Origin: Azolla caroliniana
Lineage: Eukaryota > Plantae > Polypodiophyta
Direction of reading: 5' to 3'
DNA length: 64,000 bases
Assembly (NCBI GenBank): GCA_043228905.1
Contig: JBHGNT010000009.1
Location: 10,540,001-10,604,000 of the forward strand
Notes under the pieces: generated by a model
What the model saw: the letters and a program-made list of their open reading frames with translations, nothing else
Databases searched by the model: none
What the model was told of the DNA's origin: nothing
Program-made: the position numbers and the translations under genes
In this document: in pieces, positions 53,498 through 63,240 of the stretch
Numbering within the stretch: position 1 is the first letter of the stretch
How the letters are laid out: every line of letters begins with the position of its first letter

Positions 53498-54792
53498 AAA
53501 CCTTAAACGAAACCCTAACCCTAAAACGGTAAGAACTCTAGGCTAAGTGGTATACCTTTCATACGCAAAATAGGCAACCCTTCATAAGTGACCCCTCCCT
53601 TCCTTTTATAGCCCAAGGAGGGAGGGACCTTACAATGTGGGATAAAATTTCCCCTCTTATTTCTATACGTCATTTCCTAGTATACGTGTGCACATGTTGC
53701 ACACCACCGACTTGCCCTTTCCACCCCAGTTTCTGCCTATGGACGAAAATCTTCATGACAACATGGAAACCCTAAAATGGGGAAAACCACGGGTGAACAG
53801 ATTTCTTCACTATACAAAGTGGATATACAACACCAAGAGGAATACAACACTCTGTCGAGTGTATCAGCCACACAGGGTTCTTCGCGTCTGTTGTTACTCA
53901 CAGCTATGGCATGGCTTACTCTTCTCTCTCTCTCTTACACTCTATCTTCTGTTCGACTGTTTGTCTCACTCTCACACACTGTTCTAACTAAAAGTTTGCC
54001 CTAGTTGCATATATACTTACGCAACTTTCTGGTTATTTACATACGTAGAGCCCTCATGGGGCACACACTTAGACCATTTACAAGTATAGTCTCCCGAGTT
54101 GGCTATTTACACGATTCCGGTTTCGGCCGAGGCCGATAAACTCGGCTCCTGTTTTCCAACTCTTCGACTGTCGGCTTTTCGAACAGTCGGATCATCCTCC
54201 CACTGGAGGGACATATTCCCAACAACACCTTCCTTGTTAGCTAAACAAATAAGTTTCAAATGTGGTTTACATGACTTCATTATCATCTTCACATTTGACA
54301 GAATACCAACATTGAAAATATGAGAAAACTTCTCGTCTCATCTCCTTGTTTTAAATCCCTTCCTTGGGCATGTCTATGTTGAAGGAGTATCATTCTTCTT
54401 AAACCACCATTCACTTTATCATGTTGGAAATAATTTGAAAGAACAATACAACTACATAGAAACCTAGTGGTAGAAGGTTTACACAAATCCTTCTCATTAA
54501 AATTGTGAAACATTACCAAAGGATATCGTCTTCTATTTATGAAAGTAGTTATCTTCAAAGCCAATCTCAAAACATAATCAATCTTAGCACAATTTTAAGA
54601 AATAACAAATCCAGTCAATCCTCAAATAACTAATCTAATCAATGAAAGGAGTATCAAATAACAAATCCAATCATGTTGTGCAACCAAATAGTTTGTTTGC
54701 GTTATTCATACAAACTTGGACTACATTCGATGCTTCAACTTCAAGAATAACTTATTTTCGAATGTTTGCATTTTCAAAGGCTCGTTAGAGTC

Positions 54793-55217
54793 TGTTGAGT
54801 GACAAGCTCAATATGTAGCCGAATTGGCTAGTAGGATCGGCTGAGAGCCGAAAAAGGGCCATAGGGCCGAATCCTTTGAAGAAGCCGTTAGGACCTACAT
54901 TCCTATTTTAGTAATATGAATATTATAGGCAAGTTAGGTGTCAGAGCTCATGAAGAGCATTTAGTACTTGTCATTACTTGTGTCAGCCCATTGTCAAGGG
55001 CTTGTATAAAAAGTGCTATGTGAGCACATTGTATGTACAAAGTTTTTTTGTAATAGAATTTTTTGTGTTGTCTACGAACTTTGTCTCTCTCTCTCTCTCT
55101 CACTATGTAGTTGCTCTTCACTCCATTCTTTGTGAATACCTAATTGTTTGATACTCTGTTGTCCAACTTAGGCGTTTTGTTTTGTGAAAGTTATGTGCAG
55201 AAGCTATACGTACAACA
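54793..55217 (+). mobile_element. LTR (probably solo, Copia-type)
   Basis: TGTTG...CAACA termini with TATA-like and CT-rich tracts. Homologous to 10089-10442. The TSD is not visible because another LTR abuts it. Confidence 0.7.
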
Positions 55218-56877
55218 TAATAACGAACATAAGGTTTAATGGAAATCTTAGAACGAAAGAAAACACAGAGTAAGCGGGAGAGACAGAGAGAGCAAAAACA
55301 CAGAAACTTAATTCAAACAATACAATACGCGTTGTACATAGGATGTGCTCAGACAACACTTTTATACAAGTCCATATGGACTGACAGAAGTATTGACTCG
55401 TACTTCAATGCTCATCAATGAGCCCCTACACTAACTCCCAAAATATATTCTTCCGCAGAATATCTATCCAACGACCTCCTGGTTTACACACCGATACGGG
55501 CTTTAGTTACGCACCCAGTCTACGCACTGGTTTACACACTGGTTTACGCACCCAATGTTGAGTTGTATCTCAACACTCCCCCTCAAGCTCAACTTGAGGT
55601 TCCGCCTGCTTTGCTGGTTCTTCGCTCCAGCTTCTCCTGGCTTCACGCCTCAGTCGCACTCCTCGACCCGTTCGATTTCGCGTGCCTCGACCATTTCGGT
55701 TGGCTTGTCTGCTCATGCAGCCTTTCCTAGCTCCCTTGTGGTCGCGATGTTGGTGCCGTTTTCGATGCCCTTTCTTCCGCTTGGCCTTTAGTTGATTCGG
55801 CGTCTCCGAATCGAACATTCGAACCGAATCAGTTGTCTCTAATTCGTTTCCGCTTTTGTCCAAATTGGTTGTCTCCAATTCGTTTTCGGTCTTCAGGCCA
55901 TTGACCACATTTGACCATGTCTTGGTCTTGGCCTTCTTGGCCTTCTTGGCTTCATCTCACCCTCGTTTGGTTGACTCCGACTCTTCCCTTCGGTTGTTGC
56001 CCCTGTTTCCGCCTTTGGCTTCTTCAGCCGACTCGGCTTCGTGGTCACTTCTGCTCCTTTCCTGATCCCTTTCCTAATCTTTTATCCCCCTCATGTTCGG
56101 CATGTTGAGGTTCCACAAACCAAGCACACCCAAGAATTGCCACAACTTGTCGAGACCAAGGGGCTTGGTGAAGATGTCGGTAGTCTGCCGATCCATCGGA
56201 ACATATACTAGGTCGACTTCGCCGAAGAGGACATACTCGCGGACAAAATGGTAGCGCACCTCAATGTGCTTGGTCCGGGTGTGGAAGACGAGGTTCTTCG
56301 CAAGTTGGATGTTGCTGAGGTTGTTGCAGTAGATCGTCGTCGGAGCGGACACCTCCACCTGCAGATCCTTGAGTAGCCTCTTGAGCCAAATGGCTTTGCA
56401 TGTCGCGACATCCGCTCTTCGATACTCAACCTCCGTGCTTGACAATGCAACTGTCAGTTGCTTCTTGCTGCTCCAGGAGATCGCGATGCTCCTAAGCGAG
56501 AAAGTGAACCCATATGTGGATCTACAATAGCCGATGTTCCGGCCCAATTGGAATCCTAGTAGCCGACGAGCTGTGCCGCAATACCGGTTTGATATAGCAG
56601 TGCCCTATCTTAGTGCCACGGACATAACAGGATATCCTTTACGGGCACTCAAGGTGTTCAATCGTGGGTTGCGACATAAATTGACTGACCAGGCCGACCA
56701 GGTAACTGAGATCCGGCCGAGTGATCGTCAAATAAATTAGGCTTCTGACAATATGTCAGAACTGTGTCGGGTGACACGCCTTCCCCAAATCTCAGCGAAG
56801 CTTGACATTCCTGTCCAGAGGAGTTGAAATGGACTTACAGTCTACCATCTCGAATTTGAAGAGCATACTCAACACGT
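55218..56877 (-). mobile_element. 3' part of a Ty1/Copia element (3' LTR about 55218-55575, PPT, RNase H, RT end), interrupted at 56877 by the Gypsy element
   Basis: ORF 56074-56547 has ISWSSKKQLTVALSSTEVEY...RTKHIEVRYHFVRE...DIFTK. PPT CTCCCCCT at 55576, after CAACA. Confidence 0.88.
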
Positions 56878-57600
56878 TGTCGTGAAGAAAACCGTCCATA
56901 GGCGGAATCGGCGCACCTAGGCGTGGGAACCGGTTCTTCACGCGCGCAAGCTCCAAGTTGTACGAAGAAGCGAGTTAGGAGGATAATCGGCAGGAACGGG
57001 CCCTAACATAGGTGGAGACAAAGACCGCGCGAACAGTCTTTTCGGTCGCGCGCGCGAGCTAAAGGACGGCCTGCTCGTCGGGCTATATAAGAGCAGGAAA
57101 GAGCTGTTGCAGGGGGATATATCGCGCGGAGAGGACGAAGTGCTGTCGGACCGTTTCTGGACGCTTCTCTCTCTCTGTTTCCTTCCTTCTTGAGCTCCAT
57201 AGCTTTCTGTGCAGGGTTCCGAGGAGGCTCGCGCTGTTTCGAGGAACGCCCGAGTGCTTCCGGCAGCACCTCCAACCTGCTAACCCCCTTGCCCTGTTTT
57301 GTGCGTCGAAGCGAGCAGGCATCAGCATCTGTTCGCCGGCCTGTTCGGTTGTAACCAACCTGTGCCCCATCGAGGGTTGTAGTAGTGTTAGCCATTTTCT
57401 TAATATACATATTAAGTCATTCGCATCTGTCTGTGTCGGTGTCTGTTCGCGTTCTCCGTGCTGAAGGGCCGTGTCCCTGTGTATCCCCGGTCCTGCGTAG
57501 CCGGTTCTCTCTCTTTCTCCTCCCTCGCTTGCTCTTTGGTTCGAGACCCCCGCGGTCCCGCCTCGATTCCACACGCACTTGCGTAATATCTCGACATCTT

Positions 57601-57618
57601 TGGTGAACCCGACGTGAA
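57601..57618 (+). promoter_or_regulatory. Primer binding site for tRNA-Trp (TGGTGAACCCGACGTGAA)
   Basis: 18 nt identical to the PBS of the 45119-53760 element. 4-nt spacer (TCTT) after the LTR. Confidence 0.88.
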
Positions 57619-57640
57619 AGAGGCGGCAGAAGAGCAGAAG

Positions 57641-59767
57641 ATGAGGGGGTCGGATCTTGCAGAAGCCATGGCTTCGGCCGTGGATCGGATTGTAAACGCG
57701 CGCGAGGGCACCGGTGCCCTCGACAGAGCTATTGAGGCGGTCGTCGGCACGATCGGCCGGTTCGATGGGAGGGATGCCACGAAGTATCTGGCGTCCTACG
57801 GTGCAGAAATGTTGATGCGGGACATTCCGGAAGAAAGGCGTCTTGCCGGATTTCCCCGAGTGGCAATGCCGAGCATCCATGCGGAGGTGCTCGAGGTGCG
57901 GGCGGAGAGCCGTACCTGGGAGGAGTTCGAAGGCCGGCTCCTAGAGAAATACGGGCTGGACGACGCGCTCCGGCTTTCGAAGCGAAGGTTCATGGAATGG
58001 GTGGAGTCCCCGGGGAAGGGAAGAAACGCGTCGGCACTCCTCCGGGAGTTTGAGGAAAACTTTGCGCGCCTTTCGGCGCTCGACCGAACCATCCTGGACA
58101 CGAGCCGGGTCTTGCTGTTTGTCAAGTCGGTCGACGAGCGGGATCGGGAGCAAGTGGGCCTCTTGCTGGAAACCGAAGACGGGCTCACTACCGACTGGGC
58201 GGCTGTCAAGAAGGTCTGTGGCCGTTTCGACAAACGGCGAGAATGGGCGGATAACGGGGTAACCGGGTCGGGCTCGGTCGCAGCAAGGAAGCTCGAACCA
58301 GCGCCACAGGTGCGAAAGGAAGAGACCCGAGAGTGGTTGGAAACCGGTTCGGCTTCGACCGGCGTAGTCAGAGGCTTGACCGGCGGAGCGGCGCTGGAGG
58401 AATTGACGAGGGCGATAAAGGACCTCCAAATCGCGCAAGCCCGAAGGGAAGGTGGCGAACCGGCTCGTGACCGACGGCCGGCGGCAGGAAACAAGTGCAT
58501 GTGGTGCGATGAAGTCGGCCACATTCGGAAGGACTGCGGCGACTTCGCGGAGGCGCTGAGGAACAGGGTGGTGTACCTGTGGGAAGGACGGGTGCATGCC
58601 AGCGACACCCGAAGGGCCCTGAGCCGAAACGACGGGCGAGGTGGTATGAAAAGGTTGATGGAAGAGGCGGCGGCCCGACACGCGGAAACCGTCCACTACT
58701 CGGCGTCGGCCGGCATTCGAGTCGGGGGCGGCGAGGCCCGAAGGGAAAGCAAAACCGGGTTCTGGCCGACGATGCTGGAAGGCCTTGCCGGTGCAAGGCT
58801 TAAAAGGGAGGAATTGGACCATGCGGAGAAACGGGTACGGGAGATGACCGGGTGGAGCGACCCTGTCGAGGAAAAGACGGGCTTCGTGGAAGCCGCTTGC
58901 CAGAACCACGAGGCCCTGGTAGAAGAGAAGCGGGTGGGGAAACCCGAGACGACCGGGCCCTCACAACGATACGAGACCCGGTCCGGGCCACGACGGGACG
59001 AAGCCGGCGGGGCCGGTACGCAAGATAAACCCCAGAAGGGCGGGTACCGTCTGGGGACGGAGATAGAAAGGACCACGGACTTACGAAAGGTCCTGGAGGA
59101 GCGGATCCTCGACAGTAAGGTGGAGTTGTCGTTACGAGAGGTGCTGGGAATCGCCAAGAAGGAGTTCCACGACTCCATCGTGGACTTGGTGAAACGGAAG
59201 AGGCTGTCAACGGAGACAGAACCGGAAAGACCGGTGGAAGTGCGGACGACGCACCTAGACGACATGGCGTTGGGAGACGAGTGGGCGGAAAGCCACTATT
59301 CGAGACCACACTGGGCCCGAGCGACCACGGAAACCCCGGTGAAGATCGGCGATGTCCAGGAACCGTCGATAGCTTTGGTGGACCATGGATCGGAGATCAA
59401 TTTGATGTCCATGGACTTCTATAAGAAGGGCAAATGGCCGATCAACACCAAGCACGGGTGGAAAATAAGGGCAGCAACGCGCGCCACCGAGGAACTGCAC
59501 GGGGCCTGTCCGAATGTGCGAGTCAAGATCGGCGACGTCGAGATTGACCAGCACTTCTTCGTGCAGGAGACGTCTTCGCATCCGGTCATACTGGGAGAGC
59601 CGTACATCACGGCGGCGCGAATGGAGACCAAGGTGCTGGACAATGGTTCGGCCTACGCGAGGGTCAAAAGCCAAGACGGGCGCCATTCGGTCCAGTTTCT
59701 GACGGTACGGCCGAACCACGAACGTAACCGCGATTCCCTCGGTTCCGAAACCCGAGAGGATTTTTAG
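57641..59767 (+). CDS. gag: Gag-protease polyprotein
   Basis: Open frame 57614-59767 (first ATG at 57641). CCHC knuckle CMWCDEVGHIRKDC. Retropepsin-like ALVDHGSEIN...VILGEPY. Confidence 0.9.
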   Translation: MRGSDLAEAMASAVDRIVNAREGTGALDRAIEAVVGTIGRFDGRDATKYLASYGAEMLMRDIPEERRLAGFPRVAMPSIHAEVLEVRAESRTWEEFEGRLLEKYGLDDALRLSKRRFMEWVESPGKGRNASALLREFEENFARLSALDRTILDTSRVLLFVKSVDERDREQVGLLLETEDGLTTDWAAVKKVCGRFDKRREWADNGVTGSGSVAARKLEPAPQVRKEETREWLETGSASTGVVRGLTGGAALEELTRAIKDLQIAQARREGGEPARDRRPAAGNKCMWCDEVGHIRKDCGDFAEALRNRVVYLWEGRVHASDTRRALSRNDGRGGMKRLMEEAAARHAETVHYSASAGIRVGGGEARRESKTGFWPTMLEGLAGARLKREELDHAEKRVREMTGWSDPVEEKTGFVEAACQNHEALVEEKRVGKPETTGPSQRYETRSGPRRDEAGGAGTQDKPQKGGYRLGTEIERTTDLRKVLEERILDSKVELSLREVLGIAKKEFHDSIVDLVKRKRLSTETEPERPVEVRTTHLDDMALGDEWAESHYSRPHWARATTETPVKIGDVQEPSIALVDHGSEINLMSMDFYKKGKWPINTKHGWKIRAATRATEELHGACPNVRVKIGDVEIDQHFFVQETSSHPVILGEPYITAARMETKVLDNGSAYARVKSQDGRHSVQFLTVRPNHERNRDSLGSETREDF

Positions 59768-59823
59768 AGAGGACTGCCAAGGCGTGGGGCCGCGACAGTC
59801 CGGATGCTCGGGAAAAACCCCAC
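59758..59823 (+). promoter_or_regulatory. Predicted -1 ribosomal frameshift signal (G-GAU-UUU plus pseudoknot)
   Basis: Heptamer 59758-59764 directly before the gag stop. Stem GGACTG/CAGTCC starts 6 nt downstream; loop GTGGGG is complementary to CCCCAC at 59818-59823. Confidence 0.75.
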
Positions 59824-62800
59824 ATCTGTACGATAAAACCGTGTACAATAGGTAGGAAATTTTGCTTCTCCGACAGCGGAGCATGTACGATGGTCGGCAT
59901 CACCGGCCGAGAGAAAACAAAGACGGAGGGGAAACTTCGGGCGTGCGGTGTTCTCGGCCCTGACGAAGGAATCAACGGAGCCGTGGAGGCAGTCTCCTTC
60001 GACGACACCTTGGGAATGCTGGGGAAGGTAGTCGAAGAAGACCTTAACGAAGACCGGACGATAACGGTATGTTCCGAAGAAATGTACGAAGTCATCGCGG
60101 ACTTCGGTCGAGGGCTCGAGTCGGAACGGACGGCCCGAGTGAGCATCAAGTACAAGACGGTGGACCGGAAGGTGAGGCCAGTTGCGGCGCCCTTACCGGA
60201 GGGCAGTGAATCCCGAATCAAAGGGGTTGCATCGGACCCCAGCTTACGGGATCCGGCCTGCATAGGACACACCTTCACCAACGAGACGCTCCGCGAGCTG
60301 AAGATCGGTGGGGGCGGGTTCCTACTACCGGTGGAGGAAGACCGGTTTCGGAGGATGCTCGGAAGGCACGGAAAAGCCTTCACATTCTCACCGGAGGAAA
60401 TCGGGTGCGTAGACCCGACGATCGTAGAGCCGATGGTGATATTCACGGTACCGCATGTACCGTGGAATCTCAAGCCAATTCCGGTTCCGAGAGCTCACAT
60501 CCCGAAGTTGATGGAGCTGTTGAAGCAGAAAGTTGATATGGGCATTCTCGAGCCGTCGAGCGCCCCGTACTCGAACCGGTGGTTTACCGTACCAAAGAAA
60601 AACGGATCATTGCGCTTCATTCAGGACCTGCAACCGGTCAATAGGGTGACCATTCGGAACGCAGGGATCGGACCGACCATAGATGAGTTCGCGGAGGCCT
60701 TCGCCGGAAGGTCGATTTACTCGGTCGGTGATCTATATTCAGGGTACGACCAGTTCCAGCTAGCCGTGGAGAGCAGAGACATTACGACGATGCGAACTCC
60801 CCTCGGCCTAGTGCGGATGTGTACGCTGCCGCAAGGAGGGACCAACTCGGTGGCCCACATGGTGAATGCAATGAACAAGGTGCTGAGGGACTGCATCCCG
60901 GACATCACCATGCCGTTTCTAGACGACATCCCGATCAAGGGATGCCCGGTAGAAGAGAAGGACGAGACGATCGGGCCGGACGGATGCCGGCGATTCGTGG
61001 TAACGCACATCGACGACTGCGAGAAGGTGCTGCAAAGGCTAGAGGATGCGAGGCTCACCTTCTCGGGGGAGAAGTCAGCCTTCGGGCAGTCGGAAATCAT
61101 GGTGGTCGGACATTTATGTGGACCATATGGCCGGAGACCGTCTCCGGCAAAGATAGAAGCCATCTCCGCGATGAAGCCTGATTGCAGCTCGGTCACGGAA
61201 GTACGAAGATTCTTGGGGGCATGCGCCTTCTACCACATATGGATCCCGCATTACGCGCACGTCGCGGAGCCGCTATACGGATTATTGAGGAAAGGGCAAA
61301 GATTCGAATGGCTAGACAAGCACACGGAGTCGGTCCGGAAGCTGAAGGAGGCTCTTTCGGCAGCACCGGCGCTCCGAAAGGCCGTCTACAGGAAGGGCAC
61401 CCCAGTGTACATAACGGTTGACACGAGTCCGACCGGAATCGGGTGGGTCGTCAACCAAGAAGATGAGGATGGCAATCGGTTTCCGATCCGATTCGGTGCG
61501 AAGGTCCTCAGCGAACGGCAGCGAGGATACGCCCAGGTTAAACGCGAACTCTGGGGTATCGTTTCGGCGGTGAAGGCCGACAAGGACTATCTGATCGGGA
61601 CGGAGGTAATCATAGAGACGGATTGCATGCCGATTCTCGGCATGGTTTCCGGATGTGTGACGCCGGACCTGGCAATGCTCAGGTGGATAGCGTACATCAA
61701 GTCCCTAGACCCGGTAATACGACACATTTCCGGGAAAGACAACGCCATGGCCGACATGCTTTCAAGGGCGAGATTCGATGACGAGGGCGGCATGATTTCG
61801 GAGGACGAAGAGGTCGGCGTGGACTTCTTCGAGACTGCGTATGTAACAACCGACGGGACAAGCACTCCGGCACTTAACGACTTCGACGCGAGCAAGTACG
61901 ACTGGCTGCAGATCGGTGGGTTTTTGAAGACAATGACGCCCGATGCGTCATGGACGAAGGACGAGGCCAACCGGATCCGGAAGAAAGCGTACCGGTTCTT
62001 TCTCCGGGATGGCTATCTATGGAAGCACCCGAAGAAGAGGGACGGCGCTCCGCTCCGGGTAGTGGCGATGAAGGAAGAACAGGAGGAGCTGCTGATGGCT
62101 TACCACGACAGCCCTTGGGCTGGACACCGCGGAACATGGGCTACGTTTGAGAAACTGAAGGAGAAGTATTGGTGGCCGGGGCAGTACCAGGACGTGCATC
62201 GGTTCGTGACAACTTGCGAGAGCTGCCAGATGCACTCCATAGTCCGACATCGAGACGAGCTTCACCCTACGTACCCTCCGGCCATCCATTTCAAATGGAT
62301 GGTAGATCTGGTAACGATGCCAATGGGAGTAGGACAGATGCGGTACCTGGTCCTAGCGCGGGAGGATCTGACGAACCAGGTGGAAGGCCGGGCCCTTCCG
62401 AACAAAACGACCGCGGCCGTATGCCGGTTCCTAATCGAGGACGTGATATGCCGGTACGGGTGCGTCGGGAAGATCGTGGCTGACCGAGGGGAGTTGGACG
62501 CCGAAGAAGCCGCGGAGCTGTTCGACCGGCTGGGAGTCAAGCTCTCGCTCACCACTGCGTACAATCCGGAGGCGAATGGAAAGGTGGAGCGAGGACACGG
62601 ACCGATCGTCAAGGCGTTGGTTCGGGCATGCGGAGGCCGAGTCGGTGACTGGCCGCGGCTGCTACCTTATGCTTTGTGGGCAGACCGGACCACGCACAGT
62701 TCGGTAACCGGGTACATGCCGACAGAGCTCATGTTCGGCCAGAAGCCGATCATGCCGATGGAACGGACGATCTCCTCGTGGGCAACGGTCGACTGGAGGG

Positions 62801-63240
62801 ACGAGATGAGCCGGGAGGAGTTGTTGGCCGCGCGCATACGACAGCTCGAGCGGAGACCGGAGGACGTGGAACTGGCTACGGAGAAGCTCCGAGTGGCGAG
62901 GAAAAAGAACAAAGCCAGGTTCGACCGAACGCACCGGCTCCGACCGAAGAAAATCGAAGAAGGTGACTGGGTGCTCGTCTACGATAGCAGCCTCGACAAC
63001 CAGCACCGAGCTACACGGAAGTTCGCACGAAGGTGGTTCGGGCCTTACGTGGTACAGAGCGCCAATGACAACGGGACATACCACCTGGCGGAACTCGACG
63101 GCACGAGAATGACGATACCGGTTGCAGGGAAGCGGATCAAAGCGTTCAAGAAGCGACACGACGACGAGCCAGACCCGGCTCTCCTGGTCGGCAGTGACGA
63201 ACGATCCGAAAACGAGGAAGAACCGACGGGCGAGGAATGA
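59758..63240 (+). CDS. pol: Pol (RT, RNase H, integrase), in the -1 frame relative to gag
   Basis: RT DLYSGYDQ...LPQG...FLDD; RNase H VDTSPTGIG...RELWG...TDC...ADMLSR; integrase HHCC, DDE and FGPY; no chromodomain. The frame is open from 59758 through ATG 59890. Confidence 0.93.
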   Translation, partial: GFLERTAKAWGRDSPDAREKPHICTIKPCTIGRKFCFSDSGACTMVGITGREKTKTEGKLRACGVLGPDEGINGAVEAVSFDDTLGMLGKVVEEDLNEDRTITVCSEEMYEVIADFGRGLESERTARVSIKYKTVDRKVRPVAAPLPEGSESRIKGVASDPSLRDPACIGHTFTNETLRELKIGGGGFLLPVEEDRFRRMLGRHGKAFTFSPEEIGCVDPTIVEPMVIFTVPHVPWNLKPIPVPRAHIPKLMELLKQKVDMGILEPSSAPYSNRWFTVPKKNGSLRFIQDLQPVNRVTIRNAGIGPTIDEFAEAFAGRSIYSVGDLYSGYDQFQLAVESRDITTMRTPLGLVRMCTLPQGGTNSVAHMVNAMNKVLRDCIPDITMPFLDDIPIKGCPVEEKDETIGPDGCRRFVVTHIDDCEKVLQRLEDARLTFSGEKSAFGQSEIMVVGHLCGPYGRRPSPAKIEAISAMKPDCSSVTEVRRFLGACAFYHIWIPHYAHVAEPLYGLLRKGQRFEWLDKHTESVRKLKEALSAAPALRKAVYRKGTPVYITVDTSPTGIGWVVNQEDEDGNRFPIRFGAKVLSERQRGYAQVKRELWGIVSAVKADKDYLIGTEVIIETDCMPILGMVSGCVTPDLAMLRWIAYIKSLDPVIRHISGKDNAMADMLSRARFDDEGGMISEDEEVGVDFFETAYVTTDGTSTPALNDFDASKYDWLQIGGFLKTMTPDASWTKDEANRIRKKAYRFFLRDGYLWKHPKKRDGAPLRVVAMKEEQEELLMAYHDSPWAGHRGTWATFEKLKEKYWWPGQYQDVHRFVTTCESCQMHSIVRHRDELHPTYPPAIHFKWMVDLVTMPMGVGQMRYLVLAREDLTNQVEGRALPNKTTAAVCRFLIEDVICRYGCVGKIVADRGELDAEEAAELFDRLGVKLSLTTAYNPEANGKVERGHGPIVKALVRACGGRVGDWPRLLPYALWADRTTHSSVTGYMPTELMFGQKPIMPMERTISSWATVDWRDEMSREELLAARIRQLERRPEDVELATEKLRVARKKNKARFDRTHRLRPKKIEEGDWVLVYDSSLDNQHRATRKFARRWFGPYVVQSANDNGTYHLAELDGTRMTIPVAGKRIKAFKKRHDDEPDPALLVGSDERSENEEEPTGEE

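Larger units (their letters stand above)
45119..53760 (-). mobile_element. Non-autonomous Gag-only Gypsy element of the tRNA-Trp family; 3' LTR 45119-45655, 5' LTR 49330-53760 (split by chromovirus B); TSD ACGT/ACAT
   Basis: Paired LTRs, Trp PBS 49308-49325 and PPT 45656-45667. The gag N-terminus is homologous to ORF 57614. No PR, RT, RNase H or INT motifs were seen in 45656-47844. Confidence 0.9.
45009..54224 (-). mobile_element. Copia-type solo LTR (pieces 45009-45118 and 53761-54224), TSD GCACC/ACACC
   Basis: TGTTG...CAACA termini. Shares ACGTGGAAA(A)CCC...GGAAAACCACGG, AACTAAAAGTTTGCCCTA and GGAGGGAC...CCCAACA with the LTRs at 12427 and 17756. The TSD has one mismatch. Confidence 0.85.
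37800..54780 (-). mobile_element. hAT transposase relic split into three pieces (about 54780-54225, 45008-44573, 37972-37800) by nested insertions
   Basis: Minus-strand motifs in hAT order: KDLCKPSTTRF; PHLKLICLANKEG|ASMRLIYE; NPIKRWESFG...LQ; THASSWERS*SAFSLIH (dimerisation domain). The pieces join across the TSDs. Confidence 0.65.

Noticed and set aside
55570-55908. Possible env-like extra ORF in the Copia 3' region
   Set aside because: Short, low-complexity, repeat-derived and without a transmembrane segment.
57601-57618. tRNA-Trp gene
   Set aside because: Only the 18-nt complement of the tRNA 3' end including CCA is present, next to an LTR, so it is a PBS. The same applies at 49308-49325.
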